A stretch of DNA of 63,830 nt, filler included. It is 6 parts of 6 records of this genome, joined end to end, with 100 filler letters (N's around TTAATTAATTAA, not from the genome) between each part and the next. Parts side by side here need not be neighbours in the genome. Positions count along the whole stretch, not along the records: positions 48,607 to 57,643 come from SRR31147125_2682; positions 57,744 to 63,830 come from SRR31147125_2822; 4 more parts are not named here. One strand, 5' to 3'. The position numbers and the translations under genes were made by a program. Below are positions 51,653-61,363 of the stretch, piece by piece (within the stretch, counting starts at the first letter, position 1; every line of letters begins with the position of its first letter). A model generated the notes under the pieces. The model was not told where the DNA came from, made no database searches, and saw nothing but the letters and a program-made list of their open reading frames with translations.

Positions 51653-52543
51653 ATGAGTAATATAAAATTTGTTGATTTGCATGTTCATACAGAGTATAGC
51701 AGAGGAAAATCCCTTAGTAAAATAAATGAGATTGTTGAAAGAGCTTATTCATTTAAAATGCCAGCTCTAGCAATTACTGATAGTGAAGCTTTATCTGGGG
51801 TGCCTGAATTTTATTTGAAATGTAAAAATGTAGGTATAAAACCAATACTAGGAGCGGGGTTTAATTTTGTACCAAATTATGGTTTTGTTGGTGAGGAAGA
51901 AAAATATCATATAGTATTAATTGCAAAAAATAATAAAGGATATAGGAGTCTTCTAAAGTTAATGGAGGATTCATTTGAGAACAGTGATCAAGATTTTCCA
52001 AGTATAGATATGGGCTTATTGGCTGAACATTCCAATAATTTGATATGTTTGAGCGGTGGTTTTGGCGGAGTAATAGATAAACTGCTTCGCGAAGATGAGA
52101 AAGGAAAAGCAATAAGAGTTGTAGAGTTTTTTACCGAAAATTTTGGCATTGAAAATTTTTATATTGAGCTCCAGGATCATGAATTTGAGAATAATATGCA
52201 TAAAATGATAGAGTTTGTTAATCTATCTCTAGAAGCTGATTTGCCAATTGTAGTAACTGGCGGTAGTTTTTATGTAATGAGAACTGACTCTATCTGGTGT
52301 AATGAGTTAAGAAGAAATCGGGATGTAGAGGAACTAATTGGAAATTCATATTATTTTAAAGAAGCAGCTGAAGTGGTAGATAATTTCAAAGGATACATGC
52401 AGGGAATAGAGAATACTATTGTAATAGCAAATAAGTGCAATGTAGAGCTTGATCAAGAGAAGTTGAAGCAGTTTAAGTTTGCTGTTGCTGACAATGAGCT
52501 GGAGAACATTAAGAAACAGTTAAAAGTTTTATTTGATGAATAA
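51653..52543 (+). CDS. Stand-alone DnaE-type PHP domain protein, degenerate metal site
   Basis: FVDLHVHTEYS, ALAITD, HIVLIAKNNKGY, FYIELQDH, ENTIVIANKCNVEL; no polymerase domain; AAGGAGG RBS. Confidence 0.8.
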   Translation: MSNIKFVDLHVHTEYSRGKSLSKINEIVERAYSFKMPALAITDSEALSGVPEFYLKCKNVGIKPILGAGFNFVPNYGFVGEEEKYHIVLIAKNNKGYRSLLKLMEDSFENSDQDFPSIDMGLLAEHSNNLICLSGGFGGVIDKLLREDEKGKAIRVVEFFTENFGIENFYIELQDHEFENNMHKMIEFVNLSLEADLPIVVTGGSFYVMRTDSIWCNELRRNRDVEELIGNSYYFKEAAEVVDNFKGYMQGIENTIVIANKCNVELDQEKLKQFKFAVADNELENIKKQLKVLFDE

Positions 52544-52579
52544 AAAAGGCCTCTAGCAAAAATTAGCTAGAGGTTTTTT
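52542..52579. terminator. Bidirectional terminator
   Basis: CCTCTAGC/GCTAGAGG stem flanked by A and T runs. Confidence 0.75.
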
Positions 52580-53423
52580 ATGTTTTATTCCATTCCTTTA
52601 TAGCTAGTTCCCATATTTCATTTGGGATATGTTGATAGCCAGTGATTTGATGTTCTTCAGCTAGTTTTTTTGCTAGTCTAATGAACTCAATATTTCTATT
52701 AGCACCGTCACTTATACTCTGGATAACTAATTTTGGCCAAATACCACCTTTATCATATAAACCACTAAGTTTATATGCACCTATTAACTCATCAATATCA
52801 TATTTAGCAATTTGGAGTTCAACATTCCATTTCCCGTTTATCCACTCCAGAACAGCAAACTCAGCAGCGCATTCATTGTTAAATGAGACTCCTACAGCTC
52901 CAGGGTTAACAATTAATTTCCCTTCAATTTTACCACTCCATTGCTCATGGGTATGAGCGCAAACTAAGACACTCTCCTCAATAGAATTGAGTACTTCTTT
53001 TATTCTTTCAGTTTTGTATGAATGAAGGTGTTCATAGGTATCATCAGTTGAACCGTGAACTACTCTAATATTATCTAGTTCAGGCACAGCTATCGACTGC
53101 TGGTTATCTAGAGTTCTTATAAAGTCAATATTATGATTTTTTAGCTCATCTTTTGTCCAAACAATGGATGCTAGTTGCTTATGTTTATAGTAATCCTCTG
53201 ATTGCTTATCAATCATCTCAAGGACAGATTCCTCTCGATTTCCTCTAATTACCCATCCATTTAAATTTGAGATTATATCTAAGACTTCATTTGGGTTTGG
53301 GCAGTCGCTGATATGGTCACCTGCAACTATATAGTGAGAGATATTTTGTTGTTTTAGTTTATTTAGAACAGCGTTTAAAGCTGTTAAATTTCCATGAATA
53401 TCTGATAATACTGCTATTTTCAT
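52578..53423 (-). CDS. Calcineurin-like metallophosphoesterase
   Basis: SDIHGN, GD, RGNRE, VHGS, AHTH, NPG. Confidence 0.9.
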   Translation of the reverse strand: MKIAVLSDIHGNLTALNAVLNKLKQQNISHYIVAGDHISDCPNPNEVLDIISNLNGWVIRGNREESVLEMIDKQSEDYYKHKQLASIVWTKDELKNHNIDFIRTLDNQQSIAVPELDNIRVVHGSTDDTYEHLHSYKTERIKEVLNSIEESVLVCAHTHEQWSGKIEGKLIVNPGAVGVSFNNECAAEFAVLEWINGKWNVELQIAKYDIDELIGAYKLSGLYDKGGIWPKLVIQSISDGANRNIEFIRLAKKLAEEHQITGYQHIPNEIWELAIKEWNKT

Positions 53424-53556
53424 TTTTGTTTCCTTTTTTCTTTTCTGTTAACACTTTTTCTTCTTCAAACATGATTAATCTTTTCTAAAACTAGTGATTG
53501 ATTATATTGAGATTATATCACAACTAAGAAGTTTTGTATAACAATTGCAAGAGTAC

Positions 53557-54270
53557 TTACTTTATCTTTTTATTAAAAACTCTAAACAATACAAATATCC
53601 AAAGTCCCGTGACCAATAATCCCAGAAAAAATGGGATAAATATATTCATATTATTATAGCTTTTTAGAAAAAGTTCTGTAATCCAAAATTGCGGAGCCAA
53701 ACCAGCTAAGTATTTCCATCTACTAGTGAATAGAACCGCTATAGGAGTAAAATTTATAATTGAAAAGAATTTTCCAACAGCAAGTCCCTCTAGCTTATTA
53801 TTGGCAATACTTCCCATAAATAGAGCAGTTATGGGAGTTTGTAAAGAAGCCAGAAATATTGCCGGTAAAACTTTTGAGATTTTTATCTCTATTAAATTTG
53901 GAATAAAAATCACAGCAAATGATAAAATAAAACATAATATCATTGGGCTAATTATTCTAAATGATATATAACCTTTTTTAGTAATAGGGGTGATAGCAAA
54001 ATATGCAATTAGATTTTCATCCCGCTCATCAAGGATACGAAAACCAATAAGCATTCCGTATACCATTGGAGAAAAAACTATAAAAAAGCCTACAGCAAAT
54101 GGATAGTATGGTGTAATATCCATAGTAAAATTTGGAAATAGTTCTAATATATTTGGTAGGAATCTAAGTATAAGTCCAATATAGATTGGAACAATCAGCA
54201 TAACTAAACTAATAAAATCTCTACGAATATTTTTCATATCACTAATTGCAAGTGAAATAGATTTATTCAT
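53557..54270 (-). CDS. ABC-2 export permease (fluoroquinolone-exporter-like)
   Basis: GFRILDERDE..ITP and ANNKLEGLA. Confidence 0.8.
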   Translation of the reverse strand: MNKSISLAISDMKNIRRDFISLVMLIVPIYIGLILRFLPNILELFPNFTMDITPYYPFAVGFFIVFSPMVYGMLIGFRILDERDENLIAYFAITPITKKGYISFRIISPMILCFILSFAVIFIPNLIEIKISKVLPAIFLASLQTPITALFMGSIANNKLEGLAVGKFFSIINFTPIAVLFTSRWKYLAGLAPQFWITELFLKSYNNMNIFIPFFLGLLVTGLWIFVLFRVFNKKIK

Positions 54271-54974
54271 TAATTATCACCTACTTTTAAAATTATCTTT
54301 TGATAAAACTGTTTATAACTTAATTTATAAAGCAAAAAAATTACTGTAAGTGAGTATATCGCAATCAATAATATCTGTATGAAATTAAGTGACTTATTAA
54401 ACGCTGCCTCTAATAGTTTATAAGTACATTGCGTTGGAAAAATATAAAATATTGGATGTTCAGCCAAGTTGAAAATATCTAATAGGGGAGCTATAAATAA
54501 CGGAAATGTAAGAGTAAAATATAGTAAATAGTGATTAATAGTTTTTGAATGAGATGCAATAACAATCCCTAGTAGAATAATTTCACTGGAGCTGAGTAAA
54601 ATTCCTAAAATCAGCAAAAATGGATCAAATCTCAAGCCATAACCAAGTAAAACAATGAAGAAACTAACAATAAGTGCCATAAAGCTTAGTGATAAAACTT
54701 TTGAGATTAAATATTCAGAAATTTTAACAGGACTTACAAATAAAAACTCCAAGGTTCTTTGTGACTTTTCAAGCAGAATGATACCTCCAACAAACATAAA
54801 ACCTAAAATAGATGTGTCCGTAAATATTATAAATTGCATAGCAATATTCCTATATTCGTTTGGGAGAAATCTCAAAATAATAATATAGAAAATTGCTACA
54901 AAAAAATATGCAAAATAGAAACCATATTTTAGTTGAAATTTAATATCATAGCGAATCAAATTTAGATTTCTCAA
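54270..54974 (-). CDS. ABC-2 export permease (fluoroquinolone-exporter-like)
   Basis: DIKFQLKYGFY and GFMFVGGIILLEK..VSP..EYLISK. Confidence 0.8.
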   Translation of the reverse strand: MRNLNLIRYDIKFQLKYGFYFAYFFVAIFYIIILRFLPNEYRNIAMQFIIFTDTSILGFMFVGGIILLEKSQRTLEFLFVSPVKISEYLISKVLSLSFMALIVSFFIVLLGYGLRFDPFLLILGILLSSSEIILLGIVIASHSKTINHYLLYFTLTFPLFIAPLLDIFNLAEHPIFYIFPTQCTYKLLEAAFNKSLNFIQILLIAIYSLTVIFLLYKLSYKQFYQKIILKVGDN

Positions 54975-54975
54975 C

Positions 54976-55824
54976 TTAACCCCTCCCTGTAGTTTCTATA
55001 AAGATATCTTCGAGACTAGTTTCTTGGGAATGAATAGTTTCAATCTCATTTTGTTTAATGAAACTTAGAAATTCGATATTTTCTCCGATATTTGCCATAT
55101 CAAATTTTTTACTAAGAACTTTATTTTCTTTATGATATTCAATTATGATCTGTTTTTTTCCATTTTGTATTTTTAATTCCCTCGGCTTGCCGATAAGGTT
55201 AATCTGACCATCAGTTATAAATGCAACTCTATCGCAAAGTTCATCAGCTGTGTGCATATTGTGGGTTGTTAGAAAAATAGTTTTCCCCTCTTTCTTTTTC
55301 TGAAGGATAATGTTTCTCACCTTTCTGGCATTTACTGGGTCTAAACCAGAAGTAGGTTCGTCTAAAAAGATAATTTGAGGATCATTCAATAAGCATCTGG
55401 CAAAATTAAGTCTCATCTTCATCCCTTTTGAAAAATTATCAACTCGCAGATTTGCATCATTTTCGAGACCGACCATTTCAAGTAATTCTATAGGGTTCTT
55501 ATGTTTGTTTTTATAGAGTGAGTTAAAGAAATTGAGGTTCTCCATTGCAGTGAACTTTGTATAAAGGTTAGGAAACTCAAAAGCAACACCGATACTTTCG
55601 TAGTACTCGTTTTTCATTTTACTAACCTCGCTGTCCATTACATTTACACTGCCATTGTAATCTTTGAGGACGCCTATAATTATTTTTTGAGTGGTAGATT
55701 TCCCAGCACCAGAGGGACCTAAAAACCCAAATATCTCCCCTTTTTTAATTTCAAAGTTCAAGCCTTTAATTGTATTCTCTTTTGCAGATGGATATTTGTA
55801 ATATAGATTTTCAATTTTAATCAT
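54976..55824 (-). CDS. ABC exporter ATP-binding subunit
   Basis: GPSGAGKST, FSKGM, FLDEPTSGLDP. Confidence 0.93.
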   Translation of the reverse strand: MIKIENLYYKYPSAKENTIKGLNFEIKKGEIFGFLGPSGAGKSTTQKIIIGVLKDYNGSVNVMDSEVSKMKNEYYESIGVAFEFPNLYTKFTAMENLNFFNSLYKNKHKNPIELLEMVGLENDANLRVDNFSKGMKMRLNFARCLLNDPQIIFLDEPTSGLDPVNARKVRNIILQKKKEGKTIFLTTHNMHTADELCDRVAFITDGQINLIGKPRELKIQNGKKQIIIEYHKENKVLSKKFDMANIGENIEFLSFIKQNEIETIHSQETSLEDIFIETTGRG

Positions 55825-55825
55825 A

Positions 55826-56431
55826 CTATTTACCTCTCATCTTTATGAATTTTTCAGCTGTTGCGTCAATTAAAAGCTCAGCTACACTGTCAAAAACTTC
55901 TTCACCAATCTCTTTTTTATTAAACTGCATAAAGAAAAAAGTGTGAAATATACCAGTAAACTCTTTTGCAGTTGGGAGGTGCTGGTAATCTTTTTCCTCT
56001 AGTGAGCTAATAAGTTTTGTATAGCATTCATTGTCCCTTTGCGTACTTGCTAATAGTTTCTCTTGAGGGATTTTTCTTACTAAAATCTCCATCTCATTGT
56101 TTAAGTATATATTTGCAAACATCTTGTAAGTTTTAGTTATGTTTAAAATATTTCGAAATAAATTAATCCAATCCTCTTTATTACATTCAGTTTGAAGAAA
56201 ATCAGAAATAAACTGATCTCTTATTTTTTCTTCTTGAGTCAAAATTTCATAATAAAACTCCTCTTTTGATTTAAAGAACTTATAAAAAGAACCCTTTGCA
56301 ATACCGACTTCCTTAGTTATCTCTTCAATATTTGTCTTTTTTAAACCGTACTGTTCAAAATAAACTCTACCAACCTTTGTTAGCTTTTCTTTTATTTGCA
56401 TTAACTCTTTATCAGAAAATATTTTTGGCAT
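55826..56431 (-). CDS. TetR/AcrR-family regulator
   Basis: GLKKTNIEEITKEVGIAKGSFYKFFKSKEE. Confidence 0.92.
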   Translation of the reverse strand: MPKIFSDKELMQIKEKLTKVGRVYFEQYGLKKTNIEEITKEVGIAKGSFYKFFKSKEEFYYEILTQEEKIRDQFISDFLQTECNKEDWINLFRNILNITKTYKMFANIYLNNEMEILVRKIPQEKLLASTQRDNECYTKLISSLEEKDYQHLPTAKEFTGIFHTFFFMQFNKKEIGEEVFDSVAELLIDATAEKFIKMRGK

Positions 56432-56450
56432 TTGATCTCCTTTTAGAAAT

Positions 56451-56481
56451 TTAATGACTGATTTATTTTTTTAGTCATTAA
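56451..56481. promoter_or_regulatory. Putative TetR operator
   Basis: TTAATGACT-N13-AGTCATTAA just downstream of a minus-strand TTGTTT-N17-TATACT promoter (56483-56511). Confidence 0.65.
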
Positions 56482-56509
56482 AAGTATACTCGATTTTAAC
56501 TCAAAAAAC

Positions 56510-56553
56510 AATAAAAAATCTCAAAGTAAATTAGAACTTTGAGATTTTTTATT
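56510..56553 (-). terminator. Terminator after the DUF2157-like gene
   Basis: 18-bp IR AATAAAAAATCTCAAAGT/ACTTTGAGATTTTTTATT. Confidence 0.75.
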
Positions 56554-56562
56554 AATATTATA

Positions 56563-57600
56563 TTATTTTCGATATGTTGGTAATAGTTTCGTTAGATTTT
56601 CAGGTACTATATTTAAAATGAACTTTGATATTTTTTCCTTTTTCTTGCTATAAAATATACCCATCCATATTATAAATAAACCTACAATTGATAAAACTAT
56701 AGGAAATAGTATCGAATTGGCAAAAAGTTCATATGAGAGATATGATAAATAACTAAATGCTCCAATTCCGCCATACACTGTAAAAACGACTCTATCAAAT
56801 AGAACAGAAGTGAGTATAAGAACTAGATGGATGATGAAATATATTAATTTCCCAAAATCTCCATCTGACCATAAAACTGTGATTCCTCCACAGAATGCAT
56901 TTAAACCAAAGAGGTATAACCAGAATGAAAAATCTCTTTTGGTTTTCCTATCAACAATGTATCCAACAAATATTAGGATTAATCCAAAAATTAAAGATAC
57001 AAATCTCCGTTCGTCATATAAACCAAAACCTCTTCCAAAAATCAATGGAACGATATCCATTGATAAAAACCATATGGTAAAAGCTAATGGAAAAGTCATA
57101 AATGGAAACTTGAAGATGTATAAATATATTAGCGATACAAGGATGGTTGCCATTTCCATCACAAACCATCCTGATTTTACCCAGTGATAGTATGACTTAT
57201 AATCCCCTGGAGAGTTTCCTGTCCATACTCCAAAATGTTTCTGTATACTAAATATAAATAGGGGAACTATAAAAAGTGCAGCACTAAGTAGAAGTCCGCC
57301 AGGGATATAAGTATCGTTATTTTTATGTAGCTTTATCCCAACTAAAGTAAGCACTAGTATATAGATTGCTGAAATTCCAGCTAATCCAGCTGCTTCAAAC
57401 ATAGAAAAAGCTGTCGTAGCAAACCATGTCATAGCGGAAATTATTAGCAGAGCACCAAGATAATAAGTTACATTGATTCCACTGAATACAGGTTTGGCTT
57501 TAGTATTTTTGCTTAGATAAATCCATAAACTTTCAACTTGTTCATTTGAGATTATTCCCTCTTTTGCTGAATTTAATAGATCACTCTTTTTTATGTTCAT
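56563..57600 (-). CDS. DUF2157-like multi-pass membrane protein
   Basis: GIISNEQVESLW, YYLGALLIISAM, DFSFWLYLFG. Confidence 0.7.
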   Translation of the reverse strand: MNIKKSDLLNSAKEGIISNEQVESLWIYLSKNTKAKPVFSGINVTYYLGALLIISAMTWFATTAFSMFEAAGLAGISAIYILVLTLVGIKLHKNNDTYIPGGLLLSAALFIVPLFIFSIQKHFGVWTGNSPGDYKSYYHWVKSGWFVMEMATILVSLIYLYIFKFPFMTFPLAFTIWFLSMDIVPLIFGRGFGLYDERRFVSLIFGLILIFVGYIVDRKTKRDFSFWLYLFGLNAFCGGITVLWSDGDFGKLIYFIIHLVLILTSVLFDRVVFTVYGGIGAFSYLSYLSYELFANSILFPIVLSIVGLFIIWMGIFYSKKKEKISKFILNIVPENLTKLLPTYRK

Positions 57601-57643
57601 AAATCTCTCTCCTTATGTATTTTTTAAAGTCAAATTGAATCTT

Positions 57644-57743
57644 NNNNNNNNNNNNNNNNNNNNNNNNNNNNNNNNNNNNNNNNNNNNTTAATTAATTAAN
57701 NNNNNNNNNNNNNNNNNNNNNNNNNNNNNNNNNNNNNNNNNNN
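57644..57743. other. Artificial contig-joining spacer
   Basis: N44-TTAATTAATTAA-N44. Confidence 0.98.
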
Positions 57744-58118
57744 GATCTCACAAAACATAAAATGGATTCTGAACAAATCATAATCCCGGAGGAGGCGACT
57801 AAAATTGTAAATGGGGCAAAAGAAAAGAAAAAACGAATTTGTGCTGTTGGTACTACTGTTTTACGAACGCTGGAGAGTTCTGTCTCTACGGCAGGTGAGT
57901 TAAAACCTTATGATGGTTGGACAAATAAATTTATCTTCCCTCCATACGAATTTAGCGTACCTACTGCTATGATTTCTAACTTTCACCTTCCATTATCAAC
58001 CCTTTTGATGATGGTTTCAGCATTTTCTGGTTACGAACTACTTTTCGAGGCTTACAAAATTGCTATTAAAGAAAAGTACAGGTTTGGAACTTACGGCGAT
58101 GCCATGTTGATTGTCTAA
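57744..58118 (+). CDS. queA: S-adenosylmethionine:tRNA ribosyltransferase-isomerase, 5'-truncated
   Basis: [38 protein letters not shown]. Confidence 0.93.
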   Translation, partial: DLTKHKMDSEQIIIPEEATKIVNGAKEKKKRICAVGTTVLRTLESSVSTAGELKPYDGWTNKFIFPPYEFSVPTAMISNFHLPLSTLLMMVSAFSGYELLFEAYKIAIKEKYRFGTYGDAMLIV

Positions 58119-58139
58119 ATAATAAACAAAATGATATGC

Positions 58140-58170
58140 AAAACCCTCAGTATTATTCTGAGGGTTTTTT
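58140..58170 (+). terminator. Intrinsic terminator after queA
   Basis: AAAACCCTCAG/CTGAGGGTTTT followed by Ts. Confidence 0.8.
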
Positions 58171-58231
58171 ATTTCTTTTATCTTTGGGACGCAATATTAA
58201 TCTGAGTTCGATTTTTATACTATAAACTACA

Positions 58232-59752
58232 ATGCCAATAATTCCATCTATCATTAACTGGATAACTATTAAGCGTGCTCATCAATTGGATTTGATCAGG
58301 AAATATCCTTTTGATGTTCAGGAGGAAGTTCTCTTCAAACTTATAGATAGGGCAAAAGATACTGAATGGGGCAATTTTTTTAAGTACAACGAAATTGAAT
58401 CGGTTGAGGGATTTCAGAAACGTGTCCCGCTTCAATCGTATGAAGATGTAAAACCCTACATAACAAGATTACGAAAAGGAGAACCAAACATTCTTTGGCC
58501 AGGAGAAATTAAGTGGTTTGCCAAATCATCGGGCACAACCAGCGATAAAAGCAAATTTATTCCCGTAAGTAAAGAATCGCTCGAAGAATGCCACTTTAGG
58601 GGAGGTAAAGATGTATTGGTAATTTACACGCAGAACAATCCGGAAACTGGTATTTACAAGGGGAAGGGTTTAACACTCGGCGGAAGCCATAAAATAGATA
58701 ATTTCAGCAATCAGGCATATTTTGGTGACCTTTCGGCTATCTTAATCGAGAACCTTCCATTCTGGGTTGATTTTATTCGTACACCAAGCCAGGAGGTTGC
58801 ATTGCTCGACAAATGGGAAGAAAAACTCGATAAGATTACAAAAGTAACCATCAAAGAAAATGTTACGAACATTGCCGGCGTTCCGTCCTGGAATCTCGTA
58901 ATGTTACGGCACATTCTCGATTATACCGGAAAAAACAACGTTCTTGAGCTTTGGCCGGATATGGAGCTCTTTACACATGGCGGGGTAAGTTTTATTCCCT
59001 ACAAAGAGCAGTTTAAAAAAATTATCCCTTCTGATAATATGAACTACATGGAGACATACAATGCATCAGAAGGATTTTTTGCCATACAAGACGAAACCGA
59101 TAAGGATGACATGTTGCTCATGCTGGACCTGGGAATCTTTTACGAATTTATACCCATGGGTGAATTTGGAAAAGAAAACCCAAAAGTATTGAGTATAAGG
59201 GATGTTGAACTGGGTAAAAATTACGCGTTGGTAATTTCAACCAATGCAGGACTTTGGCGATATATTATTGGCGATACAGTGAGATTTACATCGCTGTTCC
59301 CGCATAAAATAAAAATATCAGGACGTACAAAACATTACATTAATGCATTTGGCGAAGAAGTGATTATAGACAATGCCGAAAAAGCATTGAAGATAGCTTG
59401 TGAAAAATCGGGTGCAGAAATTATTGATTATACCGCTGCTCCTATCTATTTTGGCGATGATGCCAAAGGATCGCACGAATGGTTGATTGAATTTGCAAAA
59501 CCACCCTCAGACATGGAATATTTCACCACCATGCTCGATCATGCTTTAATGTCTGTAAACTCAGACTATGAAGCAAAACGATATAAGGATATAACATTGG
59601 TAAGACCTACTATACGGCAAATGAAGACTGGCGTATTCTACGAATGGTTGCACAAAAAAGGTAAACTGGGTGGCCAAAATAAAGTGCCTCGACTCTCAAA
59701 CGACAGGAAAATACTCGATGAGATTCTTTCCATTAATAATTCCTTATCTTAA
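58232..59752 (+). CDS. GH3 (auxin-responsive-like) acyl-acid amido synthetase family protein
   Basis: AKSSGTT, ETYNASEG, GLWRYIIGD, GGQNKVPRL. Confidence 0.9.
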   Translation: MPIIPSIINWITIKRAHQLDLIRKYPFDVQEEVLFKLIDRAKDTEWGNFFKYNEIESVEGFQKRVPLQSYEDVKPYITRLRKGEPNILWPGEIKWFAKSSGTTSDKSKFIPVSKESLEECHFRGGKDVLVIYTQNNPETGIYKGKGLTLGGSHKIDNFSNQAYFGDLSAILIENLPFWVDFIRTPSQEVALLDKWEEKLDKITKVTIKENVTNIAGVPSWNLVMLRHILDYTGKNNVLELWPDMELFTHGGVSFIPYKEQFKKIIPSDNMNYMETYNASEGFFAIQDETDKDDMLLMLDLGIFYEFIPMGEFGKENPKVLSIRDVELGKNYALVISTNAGLWRYIIGDTVRFTSLFPHKIKISGRTKHYINAFGEEVIIDNAEKALKIACEKSGAEIIDYTAAPIYFGDDAKGSHEWLIEFAKPPSDMEYFTTMLDHALMSVNSDYEAKRYKDITLVRPTIRQMKTGVFYEWLHKKGKLGGQNKVPRLSNDRKILDEILSINNSLS

Positions 59753-59787
59753 AGAAAAATTGTATTTTAGTATTAAAACGATAGATT

Positions 59788-60402
59788 ATGCATATTGCAG
59801 TTGCAGGTAATATTGGGTCGGGTAAGACTTCATTAACAGAACTTCTTTCTAAACATTACAAATGGGAAGACCATTACGACGATACAGACGACAATCCATA
59901 TATAAATGATTTTTATGAGGATATGCAACGTTGGTCTTTTAACATGCAAATCTACTTCCTGAACACACGTTTTAACCAAATGCTTGAAATCCGCAAATCG
60001 GGTAAAAACATTATACAAGATAGAACCATTTACGAAGATGCTTACATCTTTGCCCCCAACCTTCATTCCATGGGTTTGATGTCTACACGCGATTTTGAGA
60101 ACTATTTTACACTTTTTAATTTATTAAGCTCATTAATCCACCCACCAGATTTGTTAATCTATCTGCGCGCATCTATTCCTACCCTTGTTAATCAAATACA
60201 AAAAAGGGGAAGGAAGTATGAAAACACCATCCGTCTGGATTACCTGAAAAGACTTAACGAAAGGTACGAAGCCTGGATAGAATCGTACGCCATAAGCAAA
60301 TTATTGGTTGTTGATGTTGATAACCTTAACTTTATTGATAAACCCGAAGACCTAAGTACGGTTATAGACAGGGTTGATGCGCAGGTGCATGGGTTGTTTT
60401 AG
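59788..60402 (+). CDS. Deoxynucleoside kinase
   Basis: AGNIGSGKTSL, QDRTIYED, KRGR. Confidence 0.92.
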   Translation: MHIAVAGNIGSGKTSLTELLSKHYKWEDHYDDTDDNPYINDFYEDMQRWSFNMQIYFLNTRFNQMLEIRKSGKNIIQDRTIYEDAYIFAPNLHSMGLMSTRDFENYFTLFNLLSSLIHPPDLLIYLRASIPTLVNQIQKRGRKYENTIRLDYLKRLNERYEAWIESYAISKLLVVDVDNLNFIDKPEDLSTVIDRVDAQVHGLF

Positions 60403-60502
60403 GTAGCCTTCCTTTATCAAGAAACAATGCTTTTTTATTGATGGAAATTGCATATTGACTAGTTTTCAAGTTACTGGTTGCATGTTACTGGTTCTTTTAT
60501 CC

Positions 60503-60589
60503 GCTAGTGCGGACGTGTCGTCCGTGCTTCCTAGAAAAAAGTTAATTAATAGCCATATTTATTAACACGGACTGCAAGTCCGCGTTAGC
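60503..60589. repeat. Inverted pair of REP-like palindromes
   Basis: GCTAgtGCGGAC-N5-GTCCGTG at 60503 and a reverse-complement copy GCTAacGCGGAC-N5-GTCCGTG ending at 60589. Confidence 0.65.
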
Positions 60590-60954
60590 AAAAGAATTTT
60601 TATTGATGGTAATTTGTTTTCAGGTTACAGGTTTCTTGTTGCTGGTCCTTTTTCCATAACAATCTGATTTTACATAAATAAAGTCATGCAGAAAATGGCT
60701 TCTAAATACATTTTTGTGGTAACTAAATAGATTTTTATGCCATCTAAATACATGAAAATTGTATTGAAATTAATGGACGACATAACAAGACCCATTGAAA
60801 GTATTTCGAAAAGTTTTGTGGTTGTTGCGAACATGAAAAATCATCTTCGGAAATGATATTTAGTTAGTGTACAATAAACTGAACCATAATTAAAACACAA
60901 ATCAACATTGTTGATAAATTTATTTTTATCGATATTTAAAAAAATAATCCAGAC

Positions 60955-61356
60955 ATGAACAAAACTTTAATTTACTACATAATCTACCTTTTAATATTTG
61001 TTTCATGTAAAAAGGATACTAATTCTCCGAATAATGGATTAAATGGCAAATGGTATTTAATGAGTTTTGAATGTTGTGATTTACCTAGAGAAACATTTAA
61101 CAGGGGAGATATTAAATGGGAAATTGATACTGTAAGTGAACAAATATCTGTTTCAAATAAGATTACGTTTGATAATTACAGTTTCAAAGAGAATGGCATG
61201 TATGATATTCAAATTAATTATAATGAACAAATATTGAAAATTATTAATCCAGACAAGGAATGGGATTACAACTTCGATTATTTGCTCGATAATGATACAT
61301 TAACGATTGGCATTTCGCCGGAATCAGATGGTCCAAAATATATTTTTAATAAATAG
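60955..61356 (+). CDS. Lipoprotein, possibly lipocalin-like (paralog A)
   Basis: Lipobox FVSC, LNGKWYL..FECC, PESDGP. Confidence 0.6.
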   Translation: MNKTLIYYIIYLLIFVSCKKDTNSPNNGLNGKWYLMSFECCDLPRETFNRGDIKWEIDTVSEQISVSNKITFDNYSFKENGMYDIQINYNEQILKIINPDKEWDYNFDYLLDNDTLTIGISPESDGPKYIFNK

Positions 61357-61363
61357 TAGTATT

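Noticed and set aside
51653-52543. Frameshifted or split full-length dnaE
   Set aside because: A terminator and a convergent gene follow directly; there is no polymerase domain downstream.
23737-57743. Five recurring TTAATTAATTAA motifs in N-runs, and ORFs running into them (36443-37096 tail, 48559-48747)
   Set aside because: Artificial contig linkers; any cross-gap synteny or ORF extension is meaningless.
60561-60590. Integron attC site (TAAC...GTTAG)
   Set aside because: Far too short, no integrase, and no attC between the downstream ORFs; better explained as a REP-like palindrome.
60433-60653. CRISPR array
   Set aside because: Only two diverged copies, no regular spacers, no cas genes.
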